This document shows positions 1-11,300 of a stretch of 64,000 nt of DNA, in pieces. The notes below the pieces were generated by a model that worked only from the letters and a program-made list of their open reading frames with translations, was not told the DNA's origin and made no database searches. The position numbers were made by a program, and so were the translations under genes. This DNA is from Octopus sinensis (taxonomy: Eukaryota). Location of the stretch: the NCBI RefSeq assembly GCF_006345805.1, contig NC_043025.1, forward strand, positions 682,001-746,000, read 5' to 3'. Within the stretch, counting starts at the first letter, position 1; each line of letters begins with the position of its first letter.

Positions 1-113
1 GGCGTGTCGTTCACAGGTTTAAAATAACTAAATTGCATTGTATATAAAATATGATAAAAAGTAAGTTACTTCATGTGTAACATTTAATTCTTATTTTAAT
101 GTCTTTTACACAG

Positions 114-246
114 GATAAAACCCGAAATAGTGAACTCGGAATTTTGGAACTAAGTGAAAGACAATGATTGTTTACCATAAAGATTTTCCCGTTTTGCCGG
201 ACCATTCGATGTGGGTTACCAGAGCCTGGATTGTAGTACAATGCTT
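114..246 (+). other. Candidate exon (acceptor ttttacacag at 104-113, donor GTAAGT at 247); ATG at 164 opens MIVYHKDFPVLPDHSMWVTRAWIVVQC(L) to the donor; preceded by another GTAAGT donor at 61
   Basis: Canonical splice signals read directly from the sequence; open frame from ATG 164 to the donor (phase 2); no family recognised; duplicated at 61892-62024. Confidence 0.3.
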
Positions 247-419
247 GTAAGTTGCGTTCCATGATTTGATTTTCCTCTCCCTTTATATTATGTATATGTG
301 TGTGTGAAAGTGTGTGTCTGCGTGTGTGTTTGTGTGTGTGAAAATAAGTAAATGTAAATGAATGTATATATGTGTGTATATATATATATATATGTATATC
401 GATATATGGAGAGACGTAA

Positions 420-494
420 TAGATAGAGAGATAGAAAGATAAAGATACAGACAATGATCGATAGAGAGATAGCTAGACAGACACATGATAGTTT

Positions 495-547
<53 letters not shown>

Positions 548-654
548 CTAGATAGATAGATAGATAGAAAGATAGATAGAAATAAAAAGATAGATAGATA
601 GATAGATAGATAGAAAGATGGAAAGATAGAGATAGATAGTCATAGATAGACAGT

Positions 655-692
<38 letters not shown>

Positions 693-813
693 GATATATA
701 GACATAGATAGATAGATAGATTGATTGATAGATAGATAGATAAATAGATACATAGATAGATAGATAGATGGATAGATAGAGATAGATGGACATAGATAGA
801 TAGATAGATAGAT
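420..813. repeat. (GATA)n / (AGAT)n microsatellite, imperfect
   Basis: Visible tetranucleotide array. Confidence 0.95.
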
Positions 814-2308
814 ATGTTTCTTTATTAGCCACACAGGGCTGCACACAGACAGAACAAATTACAAGGTAGAGCTTTTCTTTTGGGGGTAAAAAAAGGGGGT
901 TGGGTTTCGATCAAAAGGGATCGTAAAAGGAAAGAAAGAGGACAAAAAAGGGGGGATTTTTTATAAAAAAGGGGGGAGAGGGAAAAAATAAAAGGAAAGG
1001 GGAGAGGAAAAAAAGTTGATCAATAGGGATCGTAATCACAGAAATGTCAATATGAAGTGTAAAGAAAAGCCTACGGAAAAGACCACGGTAACCTCGGTCA
1101 ATGACGTCACATGTTATATTTTTTCTTTTATTTTTTTTTGCAAATAAGCAACTCTGTATTAATTTTTACGGTTCATAGAATCATAGTCAAGGTGGCTTCG
1201 TCATTCATACGTGCCATCCTTGCTACATTCACCCATCTTTTTTTAAAACATTCGCTAGACAAAATTTGCCTCTCTACTCTCACTTTCCTCTTCATGTGAT
1301 ACTTGAAGAAGTTGATGAGAGATTGACCAGAGAGGAAAGTGTTTGTCTCCAATCCTTTCGGGCGCGTCCACCAGATACATTCTTTCGCCATAGCCACAAG
1401 TATGTTAAAAATAGCTCTTCCTTCCCGTTTGAAGGAAGGAGGCGTGACGATATTAACGATAGACTCGGCTGATAAACCGACACGTCCCACACGTGACAGC
1501 AGTCGTTCGACATAAGCCCACAGGTCGGAAATTGCTGGACACTGAACGATTGCGTGCAGAGCGGTTTCGTCGCTCTGCCCGCATCTCGGGCAAGTCGGCC
1601 CCGTGTTTCTCGAGCCATGCCTATAGAGCTTATCCCGAACGGGTAGCGCTTCTCGGTAGCACCGCCAGACCATTGATCTCTAGAAGTTGTCCATAGGTCC
1701 CGGGCCGAAAGTCGTTTGAAACAGGCGGGTCAGGTATTCCTCGTCGATGCCCAGGTTTGCCACGAGATCGTCGTCGTACCTCCCCTCCACTAATCCCCTA
1801 TAGAATTCTTTGGTTGTGTTGAAGTCACTCAAGGTCGACCTGGGACGGCAGAATTGCTTGAGAGCAACGCGACACTCGCGGTGCCATTCGCCCTTCCTCG
1901 GCCTCTTTTTGATCCACGACTGTTGTTCGGTCATGGAGACCTGTTGCGGGAATGCGTGCCTCACAAACGGTGACCACACCTGTTCACCGTCGTCTACATA
2001 GAGCCGGAGATGTCGCAGTCTCAGCGCGTGTCTGCGCATCATCAACCACGGCATGCCCAGCCCTTCTTTTAACGGGTGTTGGCAGCAAATGGATCGCCTG
2101 ACCATCGGGACGCATCCTTTCCACAAGAAGCGGAAGAGGATGCGTTCTAGTTTGGTGATGGTAGGGTCGGGACAAGGTACGACGGTCAGGCGGTAGTAGA
2201 TGATTGACGCGATGTAGGCTTTCGCCACCTCCGCCCGACCTTTTAGGGACACTTTCCTCTCGGCCCATTGCTGGGCGAGAGTGACCACCCTACTCGTTAT
2301 CTCGTTCC
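814..2308 (-). mobile_element. 5'-truncated Tx1/L1-clade non-LTR retrotransposon (C-terminal ORF2 with zf-RVT-type motif, plus 3' UTR)
   Basis: ORF 1680-2477 (WNEITSRV...KGRAEVAK...RFLWKG) continues in the same frame through one TAG into ORF 1173-1673 (CPRCGQSDETALHAIVQCP); 3' UTR ends AATAAAGAAACAT then (ATCT)n; both junctions abut GATA repeats. Confidence 0.85.
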
Positions 2309-2339
2309 AGATAGATAGATAGATATGTAGATATATAGG

Positions 2340-2403
<64 letters not shown>

Positions 2404-2430
2404 AGATCGATTGATTGATCGATAGATAGA
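2309..2430. repeat. (GATA)n microsatellite at the 5' truncation junction of the Tx1 element
   Basis: Visible array. Confidence 0.95.
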
Positions 2431-2983
2431 TCATTTTCTATTGTTGCATCCTTTAAAATTTCAGGAACACAAACCATAGAGCTTCAATTCCCGTTCGCTG
2501 TCTTCGATGAGATCCGACAATTCTAATTTATGGCGTAGAATTTAAACCATAGCTGTAAACAATTCCTTACGTTTGTCATCCATTGGGCTGCGCCTATGCT
2601 GGGGCACTGCCTTAAAGTGTTTTAGTCGCACAAATCGACCCCAGTATTTGTTGTTAAGCCTGCTGCGTATTCTCGCGATCCCTTCCGCTGATTTGCCTAC
2701 AGTTACGCAACTTTATACTTTTGATTTTTTTTTATTACTTACCAGAAAAAAGAAAAACATGAATGCAATTATCGTCAGCGGCAGGCAATTCTGCATCAGA
2801 CGTAAATGCTTTGAAAATGATGTGGTAAAAATGTGAAACGTTTCAAGTGGTTGTAAGGAATTTAACAAGATACCGATCGGCCAAATTACTGGGACGTAAA
2901 AAACCGGAACCTGTTCCCAAGCGGTCATAGTGGATAAACTGAAACACATACACATATACATACACACGCTCACATATACATAG

Positions 2984-3032
<49 letters not shown>

Positions 3033-3033
3033 A

Positions 3034-3066
<33 letters not shown>

Positions 3067-3205
3067 ACAAAGTAAGTTTGGGGCTACTAATAAATATATA
3101 TAATTGAAATATAGGATAAAATTTTTACGAGGATTTATCAAGTAGTTATCGTGAAAAACCTCAGAAGGGATAACTTATTAATTATTCCCTATGAATATAT
3201 TTATG

Positions 3206-3552
3206 TATATTAATGGCATTACTTATACATAAATGCCTCACGCTAGGAGGGTCTCTTGAAGTCATAACTACTATAATGCCCACATTGTACAAAACGCGAG
3301 GGAATGCAACTCTCAAAGCGAGCCTCCAGAAACAGACGTAGCTGAACATCATATGATTCCGTAATTAGTGCACAAAATGCACTTTTCACTCATCAGCGCA
3401 GCCTTTGTCAAGACATAAAATTTAACAAAAATCAACGTACCAGACGAACTCTTGTATCCTTGCGTTTGATACAATGTGGTTATTATAGTAGTGTTGACTT
3501 CAAGAGTCCCTCTTAGCGTGAGGCATTTCTATATAGTAATGCCCTTAATATA
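3206..3552. mobile_element. MITE-like element with ~95-bp imperfect terminal inverted repeats
   Basis: 3206-3303 (ttaatggcattacttatacataaatgcctcacgctaggagggtctcttgaagtca...) is the near reverse complement of 3457-3552; AT-rich flanks. Confidence 0.7.
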
Positions 3553-3584
3553 AATAAATACATGTATATATATATATTATATAT

Positions 3585-3615
<31 letters not shown>

Positions 3616-4513
3616 GACGTGCGTATGTATATGTGTTTATATGTATATATATACATATTCATATATATTTTTTATTTTCTATTTTAGATACAGGTGTTCA
3701 CTGTATATAGAAACACTTCGAAGTGCTGAAGAGATTAGAACTTGAGACTTTAGATACGTAAAGAAATGACAAGCAAGCTAGATATTTATCTACATTTACA
3801 TATGAAGATACATTGAATGGAAATTAAAAAGGTAAACGTGTGTGGATATTAATAAGAAATAGTCCAATTTTCAGATAAAACAGTATCACAAATAGTATAG
3901 GTAGAGTTTTAAATGTTCTACGGACGTTTCAGGTATCTTTGTGGTCCTGATATATGACAGATATCAGGGACCATTGTTGGATAACATCACCTCTCCGGGG
4001 GAAGAAGTTTATATTAAAGGTTTTGCATTTAAAATGTTGTCACGATATTGGTTAAAGACTGATTGATTTTATAGAGGGCTATATTTAATAGGAAGGGGAG
4101 TTAGGGATGTTTAGACAGTGAATAGTTGCAGGATGGAGAAAATAGATTTCAAGATCATAAGACCATTGATGGTATTAAAGGTGAGAGTGGTAGAAAGTGG
4201 ATTAGTTTATGTCCAAGTTAAATTAGTGAAAAAAGGATGGACTTAAGCGGTTCGATATCAGATAAGGGTTTGAGAGGGAGGTTATAAGTTCTATTCTAGG
4301 CTTTCCGTCCGACTCATTTGCCTCAGAAAATCCGATTTGTGTCGAGTTAGTTAATGCATTATTGACCGTATTATACACCGTGTCAGGAATAACGTTGAGC
4401 TCCCGCTATGGAATTGCACATGAGACGTTATTTTTGGTTTCCCTCTTTCCACCATAAATACACGAATTTCCTTCAGTTTGACATGTCAAATTATTGCAAT
4501 ATTTACAATTGAC

Positions 4514-4725
4514 AAGGCGCCGAGTTGGCAGAAACGTTTGCACGCAGGGCAAAATGCTTAGCGTTCTGTTTTTACGTTATGAGTTCAAAATTCCGCCGAT
4601 TTCGACTTCACCTTTCATCCTTTCGGGTTTGAAACATTAAGTACCCGTTGCATAGTAGGGTCGATCTAATCAATTGGGCCCTACCCCAAAATTTCGGGCT
4701 TTGTGACTAGAGTAGATAAGAATAA
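4514..4725 (+). mobile_element. SINE, family with ggcgagctggcagaa...gagttcaaattccgccgaggtcgac-type head (diverged copy)
   Basis: Similar to copies at 41420, 44888 and 54243; B-box-like gagttcaaa. Confidence 0.65.
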
Positions 4726-4765
4726 TTACAATCGACGGACAGGTGTCCTCATCTTGTTAGTTGTT

Positions 4766-4812
4766 ACTACAACGTTTCGGCTGAGGTATTCTCCAGCCTT
4801 CTTCAGATGTCC
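4766..4812 (-). ncRNA. Degenerate minimal hammerhead ribozyme motif (Penelope pLTR type)
   Basis: Minus strand reads CUGAAGA-A-GGCUG(gagaauaccu)CAGCC-GAAACGUU; helix I pairing is poor. Confidence 0.45.
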
Positions 4813-4889
4813 TCTCAACAATAAAGTGTAGACATCAACCCGTCCAAATCAAATATCATACATAATTCCTCAACTCTAAATTATAAAAC

Positions 4890-4974
4890 AGAGGCAGCTC
4901 AGATTTTCGTCAAAGAAAAGCGACTCAGACATATATATTCATATATATCATGATGATGATGAAGAAGAGAGAGA

Positions 4975-5006
<32 letters not shown>

Positions 5007-5513
5007 CTTATTTTATCGAACTTTCGTTAGCTTTGGCTGCCATTTCTAGCATATGGATAGCCTTCTTGACGGCCTGATCGATTTGCTCGACTAAAGGCGG
5101 TGCTCCAGCATGGCCACTGTCAAATGACTGAAACAAGTAAAATAAAATAACGGAAACTGAAAGAAGCCCGTCGTATATATGTATAGATATGTGTATGTGC
5201 GTATGTGTGTCTGTGTTTGTCCCCATAGCATTGCTTGACAACAGATGCTGCTGTGTTTACGTCCCCGTCACTTAGCGGTTCGGCAAAAAAGAGACCGATA
5301 GAATAAGTACTGGGCTTACAAAGAATAAGTCCCGGGGTCGAGTTGCTCGATTAAAGGCGGTGCTCCAGCATGGCCGCAGTCAAAATGACTGAAACAAGTA
5401 AAAGAGAAAGAGAAAGTGAATATATATATACATATATGGCTGCTATTTTTAGCAAGTTAAATTTACCTGTTAAAGGGTAATATTCTATTTTGAAATATAT
5501 AAACATATATATA

Positions 5514-5549
<36 letters not shown>

Positions 5550-5646
5550 TCTGCGTGTATTGTCCGCACATATATATATATATATATGGATAGATTGATA
5601 GATAGATACATGCATACATACACACATACATACATATATACAAACT

Positions 5647-5687
<41 letters not shown>

Positions 5688-6665
5688 CTGTGTGTGTGTG
5701 TGTGTGTAGCTTAGCTTTAGACGAAATACTATTTTTAAATACCCATTGTCGCCTTTTCCAGCAACTGGACGACAGGATGTTCATTGAAGCGTAAATTGGC
5801 TGTGGCTGCAAATGTAATTAAAATGTAATTAAAATAACTTACTCTTCGGCCAAAACAAGTGTATATACACACACATACATGTATACATACATACATACAT
5901 ACATACATGCATGCATGCATACACAGGCGTATACACAAATGTATACATACACACACACATACATACGTATATATATATGACGATCTAATTCGTGTTTTCT
6001 CAGAGGCAGCTCAGATTTTCGTCAATGAAAAGCGACTCAGACATATATATTCATATATATCATGATGATGATGATGAAGAAGAGAGAGAGAGAGAGACTT
6101 ATTTTATCGAACTTTCGTTAGCTTTGGCTGCCATTTCTAGCATATGGATAGCCTTCTTGACGGCCTGATCGATTTGCTCGACTAAAGGCGGTGCTCCAGC
6201 ATGGCCACTGTCAAATGACTGAAACAAGTAAAATAAAATAACATATATATAGGCACAGGAGTGGCTGTGTGGTAAGTAGCTTGCTTACCAACCACATGGT
6301 TCCTGGTTCAGTCCCACTGCGTGGCATCTCAGGCAAGTGTCTTCTGCTATAACCCCGGGCCGTCCAATGCCTTGTGAGTGGATTTGGTAGACGGAAACTG
6401 AAAGAAGCCCGTCGTATATATGTATATTATATATATATATATGTGTATGTGCGTGTGTGTGTCTGTGTTTGTCCCCCTAGAATTGCTTGACAACAGATGC
6501 TGGTGTGTTTACGTCCCCGTCACCTAGCGGGTCGGCAAAAGAGACCGATAGAATAAGTACTGGGCTTACGAAGAATAAGTCCCGGGGTCGAGTTGCTCGA
6601 TTAAAGGCGGTGCTCCAGCATGGCCGCAGTCAAATGACTGAAACAAGTAAAAGAGTAAAAGAGAG
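4890..6665. repeat. Local direct duplication: 4890-5410 resembles 6002-6665
   Basis: Shared ggcagctcagattttcgtcaa...aaataaaataac block followed by the same SINE; the first copy lacks the SINE 5' part. Confidence 0.85.
6252..6665 (+). mobile_element. tRNA-derived SINE (head ggagtggctgtgtggtaag...ggttcagtccc; CORE-like gcaagtgtcttctgctata segment; internal (TA)n/(GT)n)
   Basis: A/B-box-like head; further copies at 35415, 51654, 60890 and partial copies at 5151, 22305 (-), 37405, 42337. Confidence 0.8.
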
Positions 6666-6784
6666 ATAGAACTAGGCCTTGGATGGTATAAATGTAATGT
6701 AGTATGTAATAAAGGTGCAGAAGCTATGATAAGGAGGGAAATTGGGTTCAAGTTAACTTTGTAAGATAAAAACCCTATTTCTGT

Positions 6785-7155
6785 CACTTATTGCAATCTT
6801 CACTGAGAGGTGTTTGTTTCTCAGAAAATATTTCCAGATACTTTTGCAATATTACAAGAAGCGGTTAAAATTATTAACGTTATTAAAATTCTTGTTCTCA
6901 ATAGTTTCCTCTTCTGTGAGGAAATGGCATCCAATTTCAGCCAAGTTTTATGAAGAACAGAAGTGTGATGAATCTGAAATGGAGAAGCTTTGAACCAATT
7001 GTTAGAACTTTAAGAAAATGAAGACATAATATTCCTGCTGGGATTAAATTCAGATTTGTTCCACAATGAAGATTCGTTATACAAATTATTCTATTTGTCA
7101 GACATTTTTGGACAGCTTAATAAACGTAATATGTCTGTACAAAAGGGAAAAACAC
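6785..7155 (+). pseudogene. hAT (Charlie/Buster-like) transposase remnant
   Basis: One frame with stops reads YCNLH*EVFVSQK...AVKIINVIK...FCEEMASNF...LFHNEDSLYKLFYLSDIFGQLNKRNMSVQ, matching the CxxH and YLxDIF-LN-LQ motifs. Confidence 0.75.
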
Positions 7156-7172
7156 TGAAATTTTTTATTTAA

Positions 7173-7393
7173 CCCTTTAGCATATAAACCGGCCATATCC
7201 GGCCAAAAATATTCTTCCTGTTTTATGTTCAAACGAGCCCTATCTGGTCTCTCACACCAACCCTACAATATTGTTTTAAAAATGAACAGCTACCTCATCA
7301 AAATCTCATAGCTACAAGATAATGCATGATTAGTTCAAAACAATGAGGAGGAAAAAGGATTAACTTTTGCAGAATAATGTGAACACTAAAGGG
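7173..7393. mobile_element. piggyBac-type MITE
   Basis: TTAA-CCCTTTAG ... CTAAAGGG-TTAA ends (TTAA at 7169-7172 and 7394-7397); related inverted copies at 49050-49262 and 58252-58466. Confidence 0.75.
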
Positions 7394-8223
7394 TTAAATA
7401 AAAGACTCAAGCTTTCATTTAAGACAAATGAAACACATGGTTGATCGTAAAGTCAGATTCCACTTCCCCGCAGCTGAATTTCCACGAGATACCTGTGCAT
7501 CTGTCTCAATCTTCCACCACCGACCAGATAATTCTGCCGTCGACCTACATGCTGTTAACAATGGGAACCGGCTTCTTACACATTTTAAGTCGTTGGTGCT
7601 TCAAGGAGTCGAGGCTTAGGGTACATGTCAGCTGCAGATGGACAGCTACTTTCTCTGTCATTGTCGGTCTTAGGTCAGGTGAGGACGGTTCTGATGGTTG
7701 GGTAGGGCTGCAACATAACACTCAGAGAGAAAGAAAGAAAGAATTAGAGAAAGAGAGAGAGAGAAATGTTAGTGAGGAAAAGAGACGACTCAGATGGTGC
7801 TTGGATTTGACGGTAATGTCCCACCGACACGCACAGATGCGGGAGAGGACATCCGAGAAGCTTTCCGACTGGAACAGCGATTTCCAGCAGAAGATCCGTG
7901 TTGAGAAGGCAGCCATTCTCACAGATGTGTGCGACGCACCGAATTTGTTTCCTCATAACTCCCCGCCAAACGGACATTATTTAATTAAATTTTCTGTAAA
8001 TACGCTTCAGATGGTGATCATTCTGATTATATCGGAATTTGTAGCGAAACAAATTTGTCTGTCGGCGGAAAGATGAGTTTCGTAAAATTCACACGAATTG
8101 TCTGTGTTTGCTCAGAACTTTAACAAAAATGGGTTATTTTCTAATGTAATTTTCTGCAAATACGTTACAGTGTGTGTAAAATGTGATTATATTGGAATTT
8201 AATATGGAAAGAAAAAATAATGG

Positions 8224-8261
<38 letters not shown>

Positions 8262-8349
8262 CACTGACGCACATCCTAATTTTCTTCGAAACTTCAAGTT
8301 TCCTTTTGTCAATATGTGACCTGTTGTGCCATGTATGTGTAATACTCCA

Positions 8350-11300
8350 CCAAATTGATTTTCTCATATTCATTTCCGATATGATTTTTCACGCTGAGAG
8401 TTGCTGAAGCATGGAACAATCTGCCGGCATCAGTTGTTAATTGTCTGAGCACTGCATCCTTCAAAACTGCCATGCTTCTGAGATTCGCCAAAACTATACC
8501 TGATTTTCTCCCCTCCATACACACGCAAGCATGGAACAAACTGCCGGCATCAGTTGTTAATTGTCTGAGCACTGCATCCTTCAAAACTTCCATGCTTCCT
8601 GAGATTCGCCAACACTATATCTGATTTTCTCCCCACCATACACACACAAGCATGGAACAAACTGCCGGCATCAGTTGTTAGTTATCGGAGAACCGCATCC
8701 TTCAAAACTTCCATGCTTCCTGAGATTCGCCAACACTACACCTGATTTTCTCCCCTCCATACACACGCAAGCATGGAACAAACTGCCAGCATTAGTTGTT
8801 AGTTGTCGGAGCACTGCACCCTTCAAAACTTCCATGCTTCCTGAGATTCGCCAACACTACACATGATTTCCTCCCCTCCATACACACGCAAGCATGGAAC
8901 AAACTGCCGGCATCAGTTGTTAGTTGTCTGAGCACTGCATCCTTCAAAACTTTCATGCTTTCTGAGATTCGCCAACACTACACCTAATTTTCTCCCCTCC
9001 ATACACACGCAAGCATGGAACAAACTGCCGGTATCAGTTGTTAGTTGTCGGAGCACTGCACCCTTCCAAATTGTCATGCTTTCTGAGATTCGCCAACACT
9101 ACACCTGATTTTCTCCCCTCCATACACACGCAAGCATGGAACAACCTGCCGGCATCAGTTGTTAGTTGTCGGAACACTGCATCCTTCAAATCTTCCATGC
9201 TTCCTGAGATTCGCCAACACTACACCTGATTTTTTCCCCTCCATACACACGCAAGCATGGAACAAACTGCCGGCATCAGTTGTTAGTTGTCGGAGCACTG
9301 CATCCTTCAAAACTTCCATGCTTCCTGAGATTCACCAACACTACACTTGATTTTCTCCCATCCATACACACACAAGCATGGAACAAACTACAGGCATCAG
9401 TTGTTAGTTGTCGGAGCACTGCATCCTTCAAAACTTCCATGCTTTCTGAGATTCGCCAACACTACACCTGATTTTCTCCCTTCCATACACACTCAAGCAT
9501 GGAACAACCTGCCGGCATCAGTTGTTAGTTTTCGGAACACTGCATCCTTCAAAACTTCCATGCTTCCTGAGATTCGCCAACACTACACCTGATTTTCTCC
9601 CCTCCATACACACACAAGCATGGAACAACCTGCCGGCATCAGTTGTTAGTTGTCGGAGCACTGCATCCTTCAAAACTTCCATGCTTTCTGAGATTCGCCA
9701 ACACTACACCTGATTTCCTCCCCTCCATACACACGCAAGCATGGGACAAACTACTGGCATCAGTTGTTAGCTGTCTGAGCACTGCATCCTTCAAAACCTC
9801 CATGCTTCCTGAGATTCGCCAACACTACACCTGATTTCCTCCCCTCCATACACACGCAAGCATGGAACAAACTGCCGGCATCAGTTGTTAGTTGTCGGAG
9901 CACTGCATCCTTCAAAACTTCCATGCTTCCTGAGATTCGCCAACACCTGATCTTCTCCCCTCCATACACACACAAGCATGGAACAAACTGCCGGCATCAG
10001 TTGTTAATTGTCTGAGCACTGCATCCTTCAAAACTTCCATGCTTCCTGAGATTTGCCAACACTACACCTGATTTTTCTCCCCTCCATACACACACAAGCA
10101 TGGAACAAACTGCCGGCATCAGTTGTTAATTGTCTGAGCAATGCATCTTTCAAAACTTCCATGCTTCCTGGGATTCGCCAACACTACACCTGATTTCCTC
10201 CCCTCCATACACACGCAAGCATGGAACAAACTGCCGGCATCAGTTGTTAATTGTCTGAGCACTGCATCCTTCAAAACTTCCATGCTTCCTGAGATTCGCC
10301 AACACTACACCTGATTTCCTCCCCTCCATACACACGCAAGCATGGAACAAACTGCCGGCATCAGTTGTTAATTGTCTGAGCACTGCATCCTTCAAAACTT
10401 CCATGCTTCCTGAGATTCGCCAACACTACACCTGATTTCCTCCCCTCCATACACACGCAAGCATGGAACAAACTGCCGGCATCAGTTGTTAGTTGTCGGA
10501 GCACTGCATCCTTCAAAACTTCCATGCTTCCTGAGATTCGCCAACACTACACCTGATTTTTCTCCCCTCCATACACACACAAGCATGGAACAAACTGCCG
10601 GCATCAGTTGTTAATCGTCTGAGCACTGCATCCTTCAAAACTTCCATTCTTCCTGAGATTCGCCAACACAACACCTGATTTTCTCCCCTCCATACACACT
10701 CAAGCATGGAACAACCTGCCGGCATCAGTTGTTAGTTGTCGGAGCACTGCATCCTTCAAAACTTCCATGCTTCCTGAGATTCGCCAACTCTACACCTGAT
10801 TTTCTCCCCTCCATACACACACAAGCATGGAGCAACCTGCCAGCATCAGTTGTTAATTGTCTGAGCACTGCATCTTTCAAAACCTCCATGCTTTCTGAGA
10901 TTCGCCAACACTAAACCTGATTTTTTCCCCTCCATACACACACAAGCATGGAACAAACTGCCGGCATCAGTTGTTAGTTGTCGGAGCACTGCATCCTTCA
11001 AAACTTCCATGCTTCCTGAGATTCGCCAACACTACACCTGATTTTCTCCACTCCATACACACACAAGCATGGAACAAACTGCCGGCATCAGTTGTTAGAT
11101 GTCGGAGCACTGCATCCTTCAAAACTTCCATGCTTCCTGAGATTCGCCAACACTACACCTGATTTTCTCCCCTCCATACACACACAAGCATGGAACAAAC
11201 TGCCGGCATCAGTTGTTAATTGTCTGAGCACTGCATCCTTCAAAATGTCCATGCTTTCTGAGATTCGCCAACACTACACTTGATTTTCTCCCCTCCATAC

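Noticed and set aside
114-246. Rescue of two TAA stops by A-to-I editing (UAA to Trp) in the IKPEIVNSEFWN frame
   Set aside because: This needs four editing events with no visible dsRNA partner; a pseudo-exon or the alternative open frame is simpler
2466-2527. Possible terminal exon GTQTIELQFPFAVFDEIRQF* after tttcag
   Set aside because: It is short and phase-incompatible with the 114-246 exon in that frame, with no other support
3840-4310. Possible Penelope N-terminal relic on the minus strand
   Set aside because: Composition is suggestive but no diagnostic motif is readable
7441-8076. 211-aa plus-strand ORF as a gene
   Set aside because: It starts at TTG, runs through a GA microsatellite and has no domain; splice signals favour the minus strand if anything
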